Of a stretch of DNA of 64,000 bases, positions 1-8,589 are shown one piece after another; within the stretch, counting starts at the first letter, position 1; each line of letters starts with the position of its first letter. The notes below the pieces were generated by a model, which was not told where the DNA came from, did not search any database, and worked only from the letters and a program-made list of their open reading frames with translations. Location: positions 6,154-70,153 of the forward strand of contig CBFDDT010000002.1 of assembly GCA_965603635.1 (NCBI GenBank). Direction: 5' to 3'. Position numbers and translations under genes: made by a program. The stretch is from an uncultured bacterium. GTDB taxonomy: Bacteria > Pseudomonadota > Alphaproteobacteria > UBA8366 > JADFVY01.

Positions 1-1464
1 GACTGGAACCTGATCTGCATGCTGTGCACGGAACTGCCGGATATGGAAAAGGGCACGGCGGTGCCGGAGAAGACAGCCGATGGCAAGGACGGCATCGCGC
101 TGACCTATACGATCCGGCCCGACGCCATATGGGGCGATGGCGTGCCGGTGACCACCAAGGACGTGCTTTTCACCTGGGAGGTCGGGCGGCATCCGAAGAC
201 CGGCGTGGCCAGTTCGGAACTGTACGAACGCATCACCTCGATCAACGCCAGGGACGACAAGACCTTCACCATGCATGTCAACAAGCGTACCTGCGATTAC
301 CAGGGCATCAACGATTTCGAGGTTCTGCCGGCCCATATCGAGTCGCCGAATTTCGCCGACCCGGCGGAATACAAGAACCGCAGCGCCTACGAAACCGACA
401 CGACAAACCCGGGCCTGTGGTTCGGCCCCTACCGGGTGACTGAGGTTTCGTCGGGTTCGCATATCGTGCTGGAGCCTAACCCGACCTGGTGGGGCGCAAA
501 ACCGCATTTCAAGCGCATCGTCGTCAAGGCGGTGGAGAATACAGCCGCGCTGACCGCCAACCTGCTGTCGGGCGACGTGGACATGATCGCCGGCGAGCTT
601 GGCCTGACGCTCGATCAGGCTCTGGCCTTCGAGAAACGCCATGGGGACAAGTTCGAAATGCTCTACAAGTCGGGGCTGATCTACGAGCATATCGACCTGA
701 ACCTGGACAATCCGATGCTGGCCGACCGGCGGGTGCGCCGCGCCCTGGTCCACGCCATCGACCGCGACGCCATCAGCCAGCAACTGTTCGACGGCAAGCA
801 GCCGCCGGCCCATGGCCAGACCAACCCGCTGGACCGGGTATATTTCGACGGCATCCCGAGATATGCATTTGACCCGAAACAGGCCGCTACCCTGCTGGAC
901 GAGGCCGGCTGGAAAGCAGGCGAGGGCGGCATTCGCCAGAACGACAAGGGCGAGCCGCTGCGAATGGAAATCATGACGACGGCCGGCAACAAGACGCGCG
1001 AACTGGTGCAACAGGTCTTGCAGAGCCAGTGGCGGCAGGTCGGCGTTGATGTTCGCATCCGCAACGAACCGCCGCGTGTTTTCTTCGGTGAGACCGTGAG
1101 CAAGCGCAAGTTCACCGCCATGGCCATGTTCGCCTGGATTTCCTCGCCCGAGAATATCCCGCGCTCGACCCTGCATTCCGACGAAATTCCGACCGAGAAA
1201 AACGGCTGGGGTGGCCAGAATAATACGGGCTTTCGCAGTGCCGAAATGGACAAGGTGATCGACGATATGGAAGTGATCTGCGAGCCGAAAGCGAACCAGG
1301 CCCTGTGGAACCAAATGCAGACGCTCTATGCCGAGGAACTGCCGGCCCTCCCTCTCTATTTCCGCGCCAATGCCTTCATTCTGCCGAAATGGCTGAAGGG
1401 GGTGACGCCCACGGGACATCAATATCCGACGAGCCTGTGGGTCGAGAACTGGACGGCGGAATAG
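1..1464 (+). CDS. ABC transporter substrate-binding protein, family 5 (peptide/nickel/opine type); 5' end cut by the window edge
   Basis: Frame 1 is open from base 1 and the listed ORF is 19..1464. The sequence is typical of SBP_bac_5 proteins (GIALTYTIRPDAIWGDGVPVTTKDVLFTWE, VLEPNPTWWG). It is followed 21 nt later by two cognate permeases. Confidence 0.85.
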   Translation, partial: DWNLICMLCTELPDMEKGTAVPEKTADGKDGIALTYTIRPDAIWGDGVPVTTKDVLFTWEVGRHPKTGVASSELYERITSINARDDKTFTMHVNKRTCDYQGINDFEVLPAHIESPNFADPAEYKNRSAYETDTTNPGLWFGPYRVTEVSSGSHIVLEPNPTWWGAKPHFKRIVVKAVENTAALTANLLSGDVDMIAGELGLTLDQALAFEKRHGDKFEMLYKSGLIYEHIDLNLDNPMLADRRVRRALVHAIDRDAISQQLFDGKQPPAHGQTNPLDRVYFDGIPRYAFDPKQAATLLDEAGWKAGEGGIRQNDKGEPLRMEIMTTAGNKTRELVQQVLQSQWRQVGVDVRIRNEPPRVFFGETVSKRKFTAMAMFAWISSPENIPRSTLHSDEIPTEKNGWGGQNNTGFRSAEMDKVIDDMEVICEPKANQALWNQMQTLYAEELPALPLYFRANAFILPKWLKGVTPTGHQYPTSLWVENWTAE

Positions 1465-1485
1465 GCGGCGCGGCCGGGACCCGCC

Positions 1486-2457
1486 ATGCTGCGCTTTGCC
1501 GTAATCCGGGTTACCGAGAGCCTGATCGTCCTGCTGCTGGTTTCCTTTGCGGTCTATGGGCTGATTGGGCTGATGCCGGGCGATCCGATTGACATCATGG
1601 TGCAGTCCGACCCGGACCTGACCCCGGCCGACGCCGCGCGGCTGAAGGCGCTATACGGGTTGGACCGCCCGATTATCGAGCGTTACGGCAACTGGCTTTC
1701 CGCCGCGATGCAGGGCGATTTCGGGAATTCGCGGGTCACCATGCGCCCCGTTATGGAAATGCTGTGGCCACGGCTCGGCAACAGCTTGTTGCTGCTGGGG
1801 ATAAGCACCCTGCTTGCGCTGGCCATCGCCATCCCGATCGGTATTTACGCGGCGGCGCGGCCTTATTCGCTGTCGGACTATCTCGTCAATCTGAGCTGTT
1901 TCGCGGGAATTTCGGTGCCGCCCTTCTGGCTGGCCCTGCTGATGATGATCCTGTTTTCAGTAACGCTGGGCTGGCTGCCGGCGGGTGGCATGGGGCCGGT
2001 CGGCGACGATTCATGGGCAGCCCGCCTGCCCTATCTCGTGCTTCCCGTGATGACGTTGACCATCGTCAGCGTCGGCGGCTTTACGCGCTTCATGCGGGCC
2101 AGCATGCTGCAGACCCTGCGCCAGGATTTCATTCGTACCGCGCGCGCCAAGGGCCTGGGCGAGACGCGGATAGTCTGGGGGCACGCCCTGCAAAGCGCGA
2201 TCATGCCGCTGGTCACGGTGCTGGGGCTTAGTTTCGGGGCGGTATTCTCGGGCGCGCTGATTACCGAGATCATGTTCGCCTGGGCCGGCATCGGCCGCAT
2301 GATCTACGATTCAATTCTGGCCAGCGACTATAACCTGGCGCTGGTCGGCCTGCTGTTCGCCACCGCCATGACGCTGGTGGGCAATCTGCTGGCCGATATC
2401 GCCTATGTCTGGCTGGACCCGCGGGTGAGTTTCCAACGTCTGGAGGCGGGCCGATGA
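1486..2457 (+). CDS. ABC transporter permease (DppB/OppB type)
   Basis: 323 aa polytopic protein with an N-terminal FAVYGLIGLMPGDP block and the EAA-type loop (FIRTARAKGLGETRIVWGHALQSA) typical of BPD_transp_1 peptide permeases. Confidence 0.9.
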   Translation: MLRFAVIRVTESLIVLLLVSFAVYGLIGLMPGDPIDIMVQSDPDLTPADAARLKALYGLDRPIIERYGNWLSAAMQGDFGNSRVTMRPVMEMLWPRLGNSLLLLGISTLLALAIAIPIGIYAAARPYSLSDYLVNLSCFAGISVPPFWLALLMMILFSVTLGWLPAGGMGPVGDDSWAARLPYLVLPVMTLTIVSVGGFTRFMRASMLQTLRQDFIRTARAKGLGETRIVWGHALQSAIMPLVTVLGLSFGAVFSGALITEIMFAWAGIGRMIYDSILASDYNLALVGLLFATAMTLVGNLLADIAYVWLDPRVSFQRLEAGR

Positions 2458-3383
2458 GCAGCGTCGCCGACACCGCGCCAAGCGGCGCCCCGCGCGGGAT
2501 TGTCGCCCGCATGGCGCGGCGGTTCATGCAGCATCGCCTGGCCCTGGCGAGTCTTATACTGCTGGTTCTTCTCGGGCTATTGGCCATCGCCGCGCCGCTG
2601 GTGGAATACGCGCTGGGTGTGGACGCCAACATGGCAAACCTGTTCGGACGCTTCGCCCCGCCGTCTTTCGAACACCCACTGGGAACGGACGAGCTGGGGC
2701 GCGACCTCTTGGTGCGGCTGCTGTACGGCGGGCGGGTTTCGCTAGCGGTGGGGCTGTCGGCGGCGGTATTCGCGGCGGTGATCGGCACCAGCCTGGGACT
2801 GCTGGCCGGTTATTTCGGCGGCCGATTTGACGCCTTCGTTATGCGCTTCACCGACGGGGTGATCGCCCTGCCGCTGCTGCCGCTGTTGATCGTGCTGGCC
2901 GCCGTCGATTTGGAGAAGGTGGGTGTGCCGGCGGAACTGGCGCAGTCCGAGGATATCAGCCTCTACCGCATCATCGTCATCGTCGCCCTGTTTGGCTGGA
3001 CCACGGTGGCCCGGCTGGTGCGGGCCGAGGCCCTGCGCATCCGCTCGCGCGAATTCGTCACCGCCGCGCGGGCCATGGGCGCCGGGCACGGGCGCATAAT
3101 GATCGCCCATATCCTGCCCAACGCAGTCTCGCCGATCATCGTCGCCACAACGATGTCAGTTGGCGGCCTCATCCTGTTTGAATCGATTCTCAGCTTCCTG
3201 GGCCTCGGCATCCAGCCGCCGGTGGCGAGCTGGGGCAACATGCTGACCAACGCGCAGGAGCTGATCTGGAACACACCGATGCTGGCGGTATGGCCGGGAC
3301 TGGCAATCTTCGTCACCGTCATCGCCTTCAACTTCCTCGGCGACGGATTGCAAGATGCGCTGGACCCGAGGGCGGTGGAGTGA
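2454..3383 (+). CDS. ABC transporter permease (DppC/OppC type)
   Basis: 309 aa. Overlaps the previous gene by 4 nt. Contains PLGTDELGRDLLVRLLYGGRVSL and the EAA loop FVTAARAMGAGHGRIMIAHILPNA. Confidence 0.9.
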   Translation: MSSVADTAPSGAPRGIVARMARRFMQHRLALASLILLVLLGLLAIAAPLVEYALGVDANMANLFGRFAPPSFEHPLGTDELGRDLLVRLLYGGRVSLAVGLSAAVFAAVIGTSLGLLAGYFGGRFDAFVMRFTDGVIALPLLPLLIVLAAVDLEKVGVPAELAQSEDISLYRIIVIVALFGWTTVARLVRAEALRIRSREFVTAARAMGAGHGRIMIAHILPNAVSPIIVATTMSVGGLILFESILSFLGLGIQPPVASWGNMLTNAQELIWNTPMLAVWPGLAIFVTVIAFNFLGDGLQDALDPRAVE

Positions 3384-3466
3384 GGGCCGGGGCCATTTCG
3401 CATCCCTGAACCGATCCTGTCGACCAAGGCTCGCCGTTGTCAATACGTCACCCCGGCCCTACACTG

Positions 3467-4270
3467 ATGCGGAACACACGCGCGATGACCATGACATATC
3501 CGGACCGAAATGACCTCCTCTGGGTGCTGGCGCTGGCGCCGCCACTGGCCGTGCGGCTGTATGGCGACGGCATGGAAGCGGCGGTGCAGCGGTTGCTGCT
3601 TCTCGCGCTCGCGCTTGGCATTACCCATGCCTGGGCTGCCCTGTTCGCCCGCCGGATGGGGCGCCCGCGGGGCCCCGGTCTGCCCGCCTTTGCCATGACA
3701 TTCGTTTTGATGCTGCCCGGGCCGGTTGCTTGGGGTGGCGCCGTTCTCGCGCTCAGCTTCGGCGCCGTCTTCGGGCGCGAGATATTCGGCGGCCGGGCGA
3801 TCCTGCCGCCAGCGCTGGTCGGCCTGGCATTCGCCATTTTCTCGTTCCCCGAGGGCGGTTTCGAGGCGCGAGGCGTCCTTGTGCTATCGCCCGATCCCTT
3901 GTTCGCAATGTCCTGCTTGCCCGGGGCGGCGTTGTTGATGTTGAGAAGCGCGCTCGCCTGGCAGGTCACCGCGGGCGCGGTGGTCGGCGCGACGGCGGCG
4001 GGATTCTTTATGGGCGATCCCGCATGGTGGGAGCATTTGGGCCTCGGCGCCTTCGCTGCCGGCGTTCTTTTCCTGGCCGCCGCGCCCGACGGCGCCGTCA
4101 CGGGAAAGGGCGCGCGATGGCTGCATGGCCTGCTGGTGGGGGCGCTGATTATCGTGATCCGCCTCGCCAACCCCGACCAGCCCGACGGGATCGTGTTCGC
4201 GGCGCTGCTGGGCGGGCTGTTCGCGCCGCTGTTGGACCGGGCGCTGAGCTGGAGGCCCCGACATGGCTAA
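3467..4270 (+). CDS. Short NqrB/RnfD-family membrane subunit (about 268 aa; lacks the N-terminal region and the flavinylation motif)
   Basis: The ORF is 3437..4270, opening with TTG at 3437. The first ATG is 3467; 3485 and 3491 are alternatives. The C-terminal block LFLAAAPDGAVTGKGARWLHGLLVGALIIVIRLANPDQPDGIVFAALLGGLFAPLLD and the central block FGAVFGREIFGGRAILPPALVGLAFAIFSFP match conserved NqrB/RnfD regions. It overlaps nqrC by 8 nt. Confidence 0.7.
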   Translation: MRNTRAMTMTYPDRNDLLWVLALAPPLAVRLYGDGMEAAVQRLLLLALALGITHAWAALFARRMGRPRGPGLPAFAMTFVLMLPGPVAWGGAVLALSFGAVFGREIFGGRAILPPALVGLAFAIFSFPEGGFEARGVLVLSPDPLFAMSCLPGAALLMLRSALAWQVTAGAVVGATAAGFFMGDPAWWEHLGLGAFAAGVLFLAAAPDGAVTGKGARWLHGLLVGALIIVIRLANPDQPDGIVFAALLGGLFAPLLDRALSWRPRHG

Positions 4271-5003
4271 CCTCAACCCGCTCGCCTGGTGGCGGGGTTT
4301 TCTGCGCCTGCCCAACGACAGCCCGGTAAAGACCGTCGGCGTGGCCCTGCTGGTGGCCCTGGCCTGTTCTCTTGTGGTCTCGGTCACGGCGGTGACGCTG
4401 CGGCCGCTGCAGGACGCCAACCGCTTGCGGGAAAGCGCGGCGAGCATGATGGACATGCTGGAGGGTCTCGGCGCCGGCGCGCCCGAGGCGCGGCTGGTGG
4501 CACTCTCCACCGGGGCCTATGTCTATCGCGACCCGGGCACGAAAACCGAACTGCCGGCCGAGCGTGACGGCGCGGGGTTGGGTGGCCGGGAGGACGTCGC
4601 CACCGTCTTCGAATTGCGCGAGGGTGGCGCCTTGCGGCTGGTGATCCTGCCGGTGCGCGGCGTTGGATATCAGTCAACGCTCAAGGGGTATCTCGCCCTG
4701 AAGGCGGACCTGAACAGCGTCGCCGCGCTGACCTTCCACGAACAGGAAGAGACCCCGGGGATGGGCGCGCGCATCGAGGAAGATGCGTGGCAGGCCCTGT
4801 GGCCAGGCAAGCAGGTGGCCGACGCCGAGGGCGTCATCCGCATCGAGGTGGTCAAGGGCGCGGGCGCGGGCGTGCACGAGGTCGACGGCATCTCGGGCGC
4901 AACGCGTACCGGCAACGGCGTCTCCAACCTGCTGCGCTTCTGGCTCGGCCCCGACGGCTACGGGCCGTATCTCGACCGGCTGAGGACGGAGACCGGACAA
5001 TGA
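4263..5003 (+). CDS. nqrC: Na+-NQR subunit C-like FMN-binding protein
   Basis: 246 aa with a single N-terminal TM helix ([20 protein letters not shown]). Carries an FMN_bind domain with the ApbE flavinylation motif [14 protein letters not shown]. Sits between the nqrB-like gene and nqrD. Confidence 0.8.
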   Translation: MANLNPLAWWRGFLRLPNDSPVKTVGVALLVALACSLVVSVTAVTLRPLQDANRLRESAASMMDMLEGLGAGAPEARLVALSTGAYVYRDPGTKTELPAERDGAGLGGREDVATVFELREGGALRLVILPVRGVGYQSTLKGYLALKADLNSVAALTFHEQEETPGMGARIEEDAWQALWPGKQVADAEGVIRIEVVKGAGAGVHEVDGISGATRTGNGVSNLLRFWLGPDGYGPYLDRLRTETGQ

Positions 5004-5650
5004 GCGACCGCAGCCGGACCCTGATTGACCCGATTCTTGTATCCAATCCGGTGACGCTCCAAGTGTTGGGGATCTGCTCGGCACTGGCGGTGACGACATC
5101 GCTGTCCACCGCCCTGGTGATGAGTGCCGCGCTGACCGTCGTGCTCACTCTCTCCAGCGGTATCATCAGCCTGATCCGCAACCATATCCCCCGGTCGATC
5201 CGGCTGATCGTGCAGATCACGATTATCGCCTCGCTGGTCATCGTCGTGGACCAGCTGTTGCAGGCCTATATGTTCGCGATGAGCAAGCGCCTCAGCGTGT
5301 TCGTCGGCCTCATCGTTACCAACTGCATCGTGCTCGGCCGCGCGGAGGGTTTCGCCATGAAGAACCCGCCGGGGGCGAGCCTGCTGGACGGTTTCGGCAA
5401 TGGCATCGGTTACACCCTGATTCTGGTCGCAATGGGCATCGTGCGCGAGCTGCTGGGCGCGGGGACGCTGATGGGCGTCACCATCCTGCCGGCCGTCGCG
5501 GACGGCGGCTGGTTCACGCCGCTCGGGCTGATGGCCCTGCCACCGAGCGCGTTCTTCCTGCTTGGCCTGCTGGTGTGGGCGATCCGCGCGATCCGCCCGG
5601 AACAGGCCGAGGCGGCGCCGGACGGGAAGAGCGGGGAGGCGGGCGAATGA
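5000..5650 (+). CDS. nqrD: Na+-NQR subunit D (Rnf-Nqr family)
   Basis: The true start ATG at 5000 forms an ATGA overlap with the nqrC stop; the track ORF 4787..5650 carries an Arg-rich false extension. Contains [22 protein letters not shown] and [14 protein letters not shown] with the conserved Cys residues. Confidence 0.85.
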   Translation: MSDRSRTLIDPILVSNPVTLQVLGICSALAVTTSLSTALVMSAALTVVLTLSSGIISLIRNHIPRSIRLIVQITIIASLVIVVDQLLQAYMFAMSKRLSVFVGLIVTNCIVLGRAEGFAMKNPPGASLLDGFGNGIGYTLILVAMGIVRELLGAGTLMGVTILPAVADGGWFTPLGLMALPPSAFFLLGLLVWAIRAIRPEQAEAAPDGKSGEAGE

Positions 5651-6249
5651 CAGAATTGCTGCTCCGCGCCATCTTCACCGACAATCTGGCGCTGGCCTAC
5701 TTCCTTGGCATGTGCACGTTCCTCGCGGTATCCCGGCGCCTCGAGACCGCGTTCGGGCTTGGCCTCGCCATGATCGTGGTCGAGACCGTCACCGTACCGG
5801 TTAACAATCTTCTGTTCACATGGTTGCTCGGGCCCGGGGCGCTGGCGTGGCTGGGGCAGGGCGACGTGGATCTGAGCTTCCTCGTGCTGATCGCATCAAT
5901 CGGCGTTATCGCGGCGACGGTGCAGATTCTCGAGATGGTACTGGATCGCCATTTCCCCCGGCTTTACCGTTCGCTGGGAATCTACCTGCCGCTGATCACC
6001 GTCAACTGCGCCATCCTCGGCGCCGGCCTGTTCATGGTCGAACGGCGCTACGATTTTTCCGAAAGCGTGGTCTACGGCTTCGGTTCGGGCCTGGGGTGGG
6101 CGCTGGCCATCTGGGCGCTGGCCGCCCTGCGCGAACGGGTCGACGAGAGCCGGGTGCCGCAGGGGCTGCGCGGCCTCGGGCTCGCCTTTATCCTGACCGG
6201 TTTCATGTCGATGGGGTTCGCCGTCTTCGGCGGGCTGGCGTTCGGGTGA
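5647..6249 (+). CDS. nqrE: Na+-NQR subunit E (Rnf-Nqr family)
   Basis: The start ATG at 5647 forms an ATGA overlap with the nqrD stop. Contains [21 protein letters not shown] and [15 protein letters not shown] with the conserved Cys residues. Confidence 0.85.
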   Translation: MTELLLRAIFTDNLALAYFLGMCTFLAVSRRLETAFGLGLAMIVVETVTVPVNNLLFTWLLGPGALAWLGQGDVDLSFLVLIASIGVIAATVQILEMVLDRHFPRLYRSLGIYLPLITVNCAILGAGLFMVERRYDFSESVVYGFGSGLGWALAIWALAALRERVDESRVPQGLRGLGLAFILTGFMSMGFAVFGGLAFG

Positions 6250-6256
6250 GTCGGCG

Positions 6257-7474
6257 ATGATGGAGATAATTCTCGGCATCTCGGCGTTCACGGGGTTGAT
6301 CATGGCGCTGGTGTTCATCGTGCTGGGCGCCCGGGCCCTGCTGATGCCCCGGGGCCTCGCGTGCGTTACCGTGAACGGCGAACGGGTCCTGGACGCCAGC
6401 CTTGGGGAAAAACTCCTGCATGCGCTGGAACATGGCGGCGTGCGTCTGCCGACAAGCTGTGGCGGAGCCGGCACCTGCGGGCTGTGCCGGGTGACGGTGA
6501 TCGGCGCGGGCGATGTTTTGCCGATCGAGCGCGCTACCCTGGGCGAAACCGACATCGCGAACGGCGTTCGCCTTGCTTGCCAGATGGTGGTGCGCGGCGA
6601 CCTCGCGGTCACGGTCGCCCCGGAGCTGCTGGCCGCGGCAAGCTGGTTGTGCACTGTCCGGCGGACCCGCACCGTCGCGCCGCTGATCAAGGAAATCCTG
6701 CTCGCCCTGCCGGAGGGGCAGGCAAGGAGTTTCCCGGCCGGATCCTACGTGCAGGTCACTGCGCCGGCCTTTACCCTGCCGTTTTCCGAGATCGCCGTGG
6801 ACCCTGCGCATGAAGGCGCGTGGACGCATCTGGGCCTCAGGAGGCTCACCGCCCGCGGCAACGCCCCCGTGGCCCGCGCCTATTCCCTTGCCAACCACCC
6901 CGGGGAAACCGACGCGTTGCTTCTCAATATCCGCCTTGCGCTGCCGCCCGGCGGCAAGCCGGACGCCCCGCCGGGGGTGGTGTCGTCCTGGCTGTTCGGT
7001 CTCAGGGCCGGGGATACAGTTTCGGCATCGGGGCCCTTCGGCAATTTCTTCGTCATGGAGACGGACCGGGAAATGGTCCTGATTGGTGGCGGCGTCGGCA
7101 TGGCACCGCTGCGGTCCCACCTGTTCGACCAGTTGGAATACCGCAAGACCACCCGCGCCATCAGTTTCTGGTATGGCGCGCGCGGGCTTATAGATCTGTA
7201 TTACGCCGACGACATGGAGCGGCTTGCGCGCGAGCATGACAACTTTTCATGGCATGTCGCCCTGTCCGACCCCGATCCCGGCGATGCCTGGGACGGGGAA
7301 ACGGGGTTCATCCACGATGTCGTGTACCGCAATCACCTGCAGGCGCACCCCGATCCGGCGGCGTGCGAGTATTATCTTTGCGGCCCGCCCTTGATGATCG
7401 AGGCCGTGCAGGCCATGCTCGACAGGCTGGGCGTGCCGCGCGAAAACATCCTGTACGACGATTTCGGAGGCTGA
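6257..7474 (+). CDS. nqrF: Na+-NQR subunit F (2Fe-2S ferredoxin plus FAD/NADH-binding reductase)
   Basis: 405 aa. It has an N-terminal TM helix, the 2Fe-2S motif SCGGAGTCGLCRV...RLACQ, the FAD motif RAYSLANHP and the NAD motif LIGGGVGMAPLRS. Confidence 0.9.
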   Translation: MMEIILGISAFTGLIMALVFIVLGARALLMPRGLACVTVNGERVLDASLGEKLLHALEHGGVRLPTSCGGAGTCGLCRVTVIGAGDVLPIERATLGETDIANGVRLACQMVVRGDLAVTVAPELLAAASWLCTVRRTRTVAPLIKEILLALPEGQARSFPAGSYVQVTAPAFTLPFSEIAVDPAHEGAWTHLGLRRLTARGNAPVARAYSLANHPGETDALLLNIRLALPPGGKPDAPPGVVSSWLFGLRAGDTVSASGPFGNFFVMETDREMVLIGGGVGMAPLRSHLFDQLEYRKTTRAISFWYGARGLIDLYYADDMERLAREHDNFSWHVALSDPDPGDAWDGETGFIHDVVYRNHLQAHPDPAACEYYLCGPPLMIEAVQAMLDRLGVPRENILYDDFGG

Positions 7475-7477
7475 CCG

Positions 7478-8437
7478 ATGCTTACGCGAAGAAAGCTCCT
7501 GCGGCTGGCCGGTGGTACGGCGATGCTGAGCGTCTTGCCCGCGGTTGCGCGCGCGGCCGGGGTACGAGTCTACACTGGCCCCGCCTTCGGTTCGGCCTGG
7601 CGGCTCGTGCTGCCCGACACGGGCGAGGCGGCCCTGGCGCGGGCGCGGCTTGCGGCGGTCGTGGCGCGTATCGACGCCCTGATGTCGCCCTTCAGGCCGG
7701 ACTCAGAACTGGTCCGCTTCAATGTCGCGGGGGCCGCCATTGTGTCGCGCGAGACCAGCCATGTCGCGCGGGCGGCGCTGGCGCTGGCCCGGGACAGCGA
7801 CGGCGCCTTCGACCCCACCATGGCGCCGCTGGACCGGCTATATGGCTTCGGACCGCCCGCCATATCGCCCGCCCGCCCGGCGGGCCGCTATCGCGATGTA
7901 AGCATCGCCGGCAATTCGCTGGTATCCGCTCGTCCGGGATTGAGCCTCGACCTCTGTGGCATCGCTAAAGGGCATGCGCTGGACGAAATCCTGCGGGCGC
8001 TGGAAGGCCTCGATTTCCTGGTCGAATTGGGCGGCGAAGTCGCGGCCCGGGGCCGCCATCCGTCGGGACGGCCCTGGCGGGCAGGGATCGAACGGCCGGG
8101 GACGGCGGTGCTTCAACGCATCGTCGAACCCCATGCGCACGCGCTGGCCACGTCGGGTGACGCGGCGCAGGGCTATATTGTCGGTGGGCGGCGCTACGCC
8201 CATGTTCTGGACCCGCGTAGCCGGACACCGGTAGATAATGGGGTCGCCTCGGTGAGCGTACTGGCCGCGACGGGGTTGATGGCGGACGGTCTGGCAACGG
8301 CCGCGTTGGTGTTGGGCCCGCAAGACGCGCGCCCGTTGCTTAAGGCTCACGACGCCAGCGCGCTGTTCCTGATGCGCCGGTCCGGAGGGCTGGCGGAAGT
8401 GGAGTTGGGCGGGTTCATTGCAGGAGGCGCTTCATGA
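7478..8437 (+). CDS. apbE: FAD:protein FMN transferase (ApbE family), exported
   Basis: 319 aa with a twin-arginine-like signal (MLTRRKLLRLAGGTAMLSVLPAVARA). Contains ApbE blocks (AFDPTMAPL, GIAKGHALD, ALATSGD, HVLDPR). Starts 3 nt after nqrF. Confidence 0.85.
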   Translation: MLTRRKLLRLAGGTAMLSVLPAVARAAGVRVYTGPAFGSAWRLVLPDTGEAALARARLAAVVARIDALMSPFRPDSELVRFNVAGAAIVSRETSHVARAALALARDSDGAFDPTMAPLDRLYGFGPPAISPARPAGRYRDVSIAGNSLVSARPGLSLDLCGIAKGHALDEILRALEGLDFLVELGGEVAARGRHPSGRPWRAGIERPGTAVLQRIVEPHAHALATSGDAAQGYIVGGRRYAHVLDPRSRTPVDNGVASVSVLAATGLMADGLATAALVLGPQDARPLLKAHDASALFLMRRSGGLAEVELGGFIAGGAS

Positions 8438-8589
8438 CGCTGTTTTTGCTCAGTTTCGTGGTGATCGGACTGGCGATCCTCGGGCTCGGCGCGGGGGTTC
8501 TGCTCGGCCGTGCTCCGCTCAGGGGGTCGTGCGGCGGCAATGCCGTCCTCAAGTCCTGCCCCCTTTGCCGGCCCGGAGACGAGCGATGA
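8434..8589 (+). CDS. nqrM: (Na+)-NQR maturation protein NqrM (DUF539), 51 aa; not in the supplied ORF track
   Basis: My own translation is MTLFLLSFVVIGLAILGLGAGVLLGRAPLRGSCGGNAVLKSCPLCRPGDER*. It has one TM helix followed by the Cys-rich GSCGG...C..C tail typical of NqrM. It forms ATGA overlaps with the apbE stop (8434-8437) and the next gene's start (8586-8589). Confidence 0.7.
   Translation: MTLFLLSFVVIGLAILGLGAGVLLGRAPLRGSCGGNAVLKSCPLCRPGDER

Noticed and set aside
3437-4270. The short nqrB-like gene as a 5'-truncated pseudogene left by a deletion that removed nqrA
   Set aside because: I did not adopt this as the primary call. The frame is intact and overlaps nqrC by 8 nt. The missing flavinylation loop is an internal difference and cannot be explained by a 5' deletion alone. 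All downstream genes, including nqrM and apbE, are intact and tightly coupled. It remains the main alternative to test.
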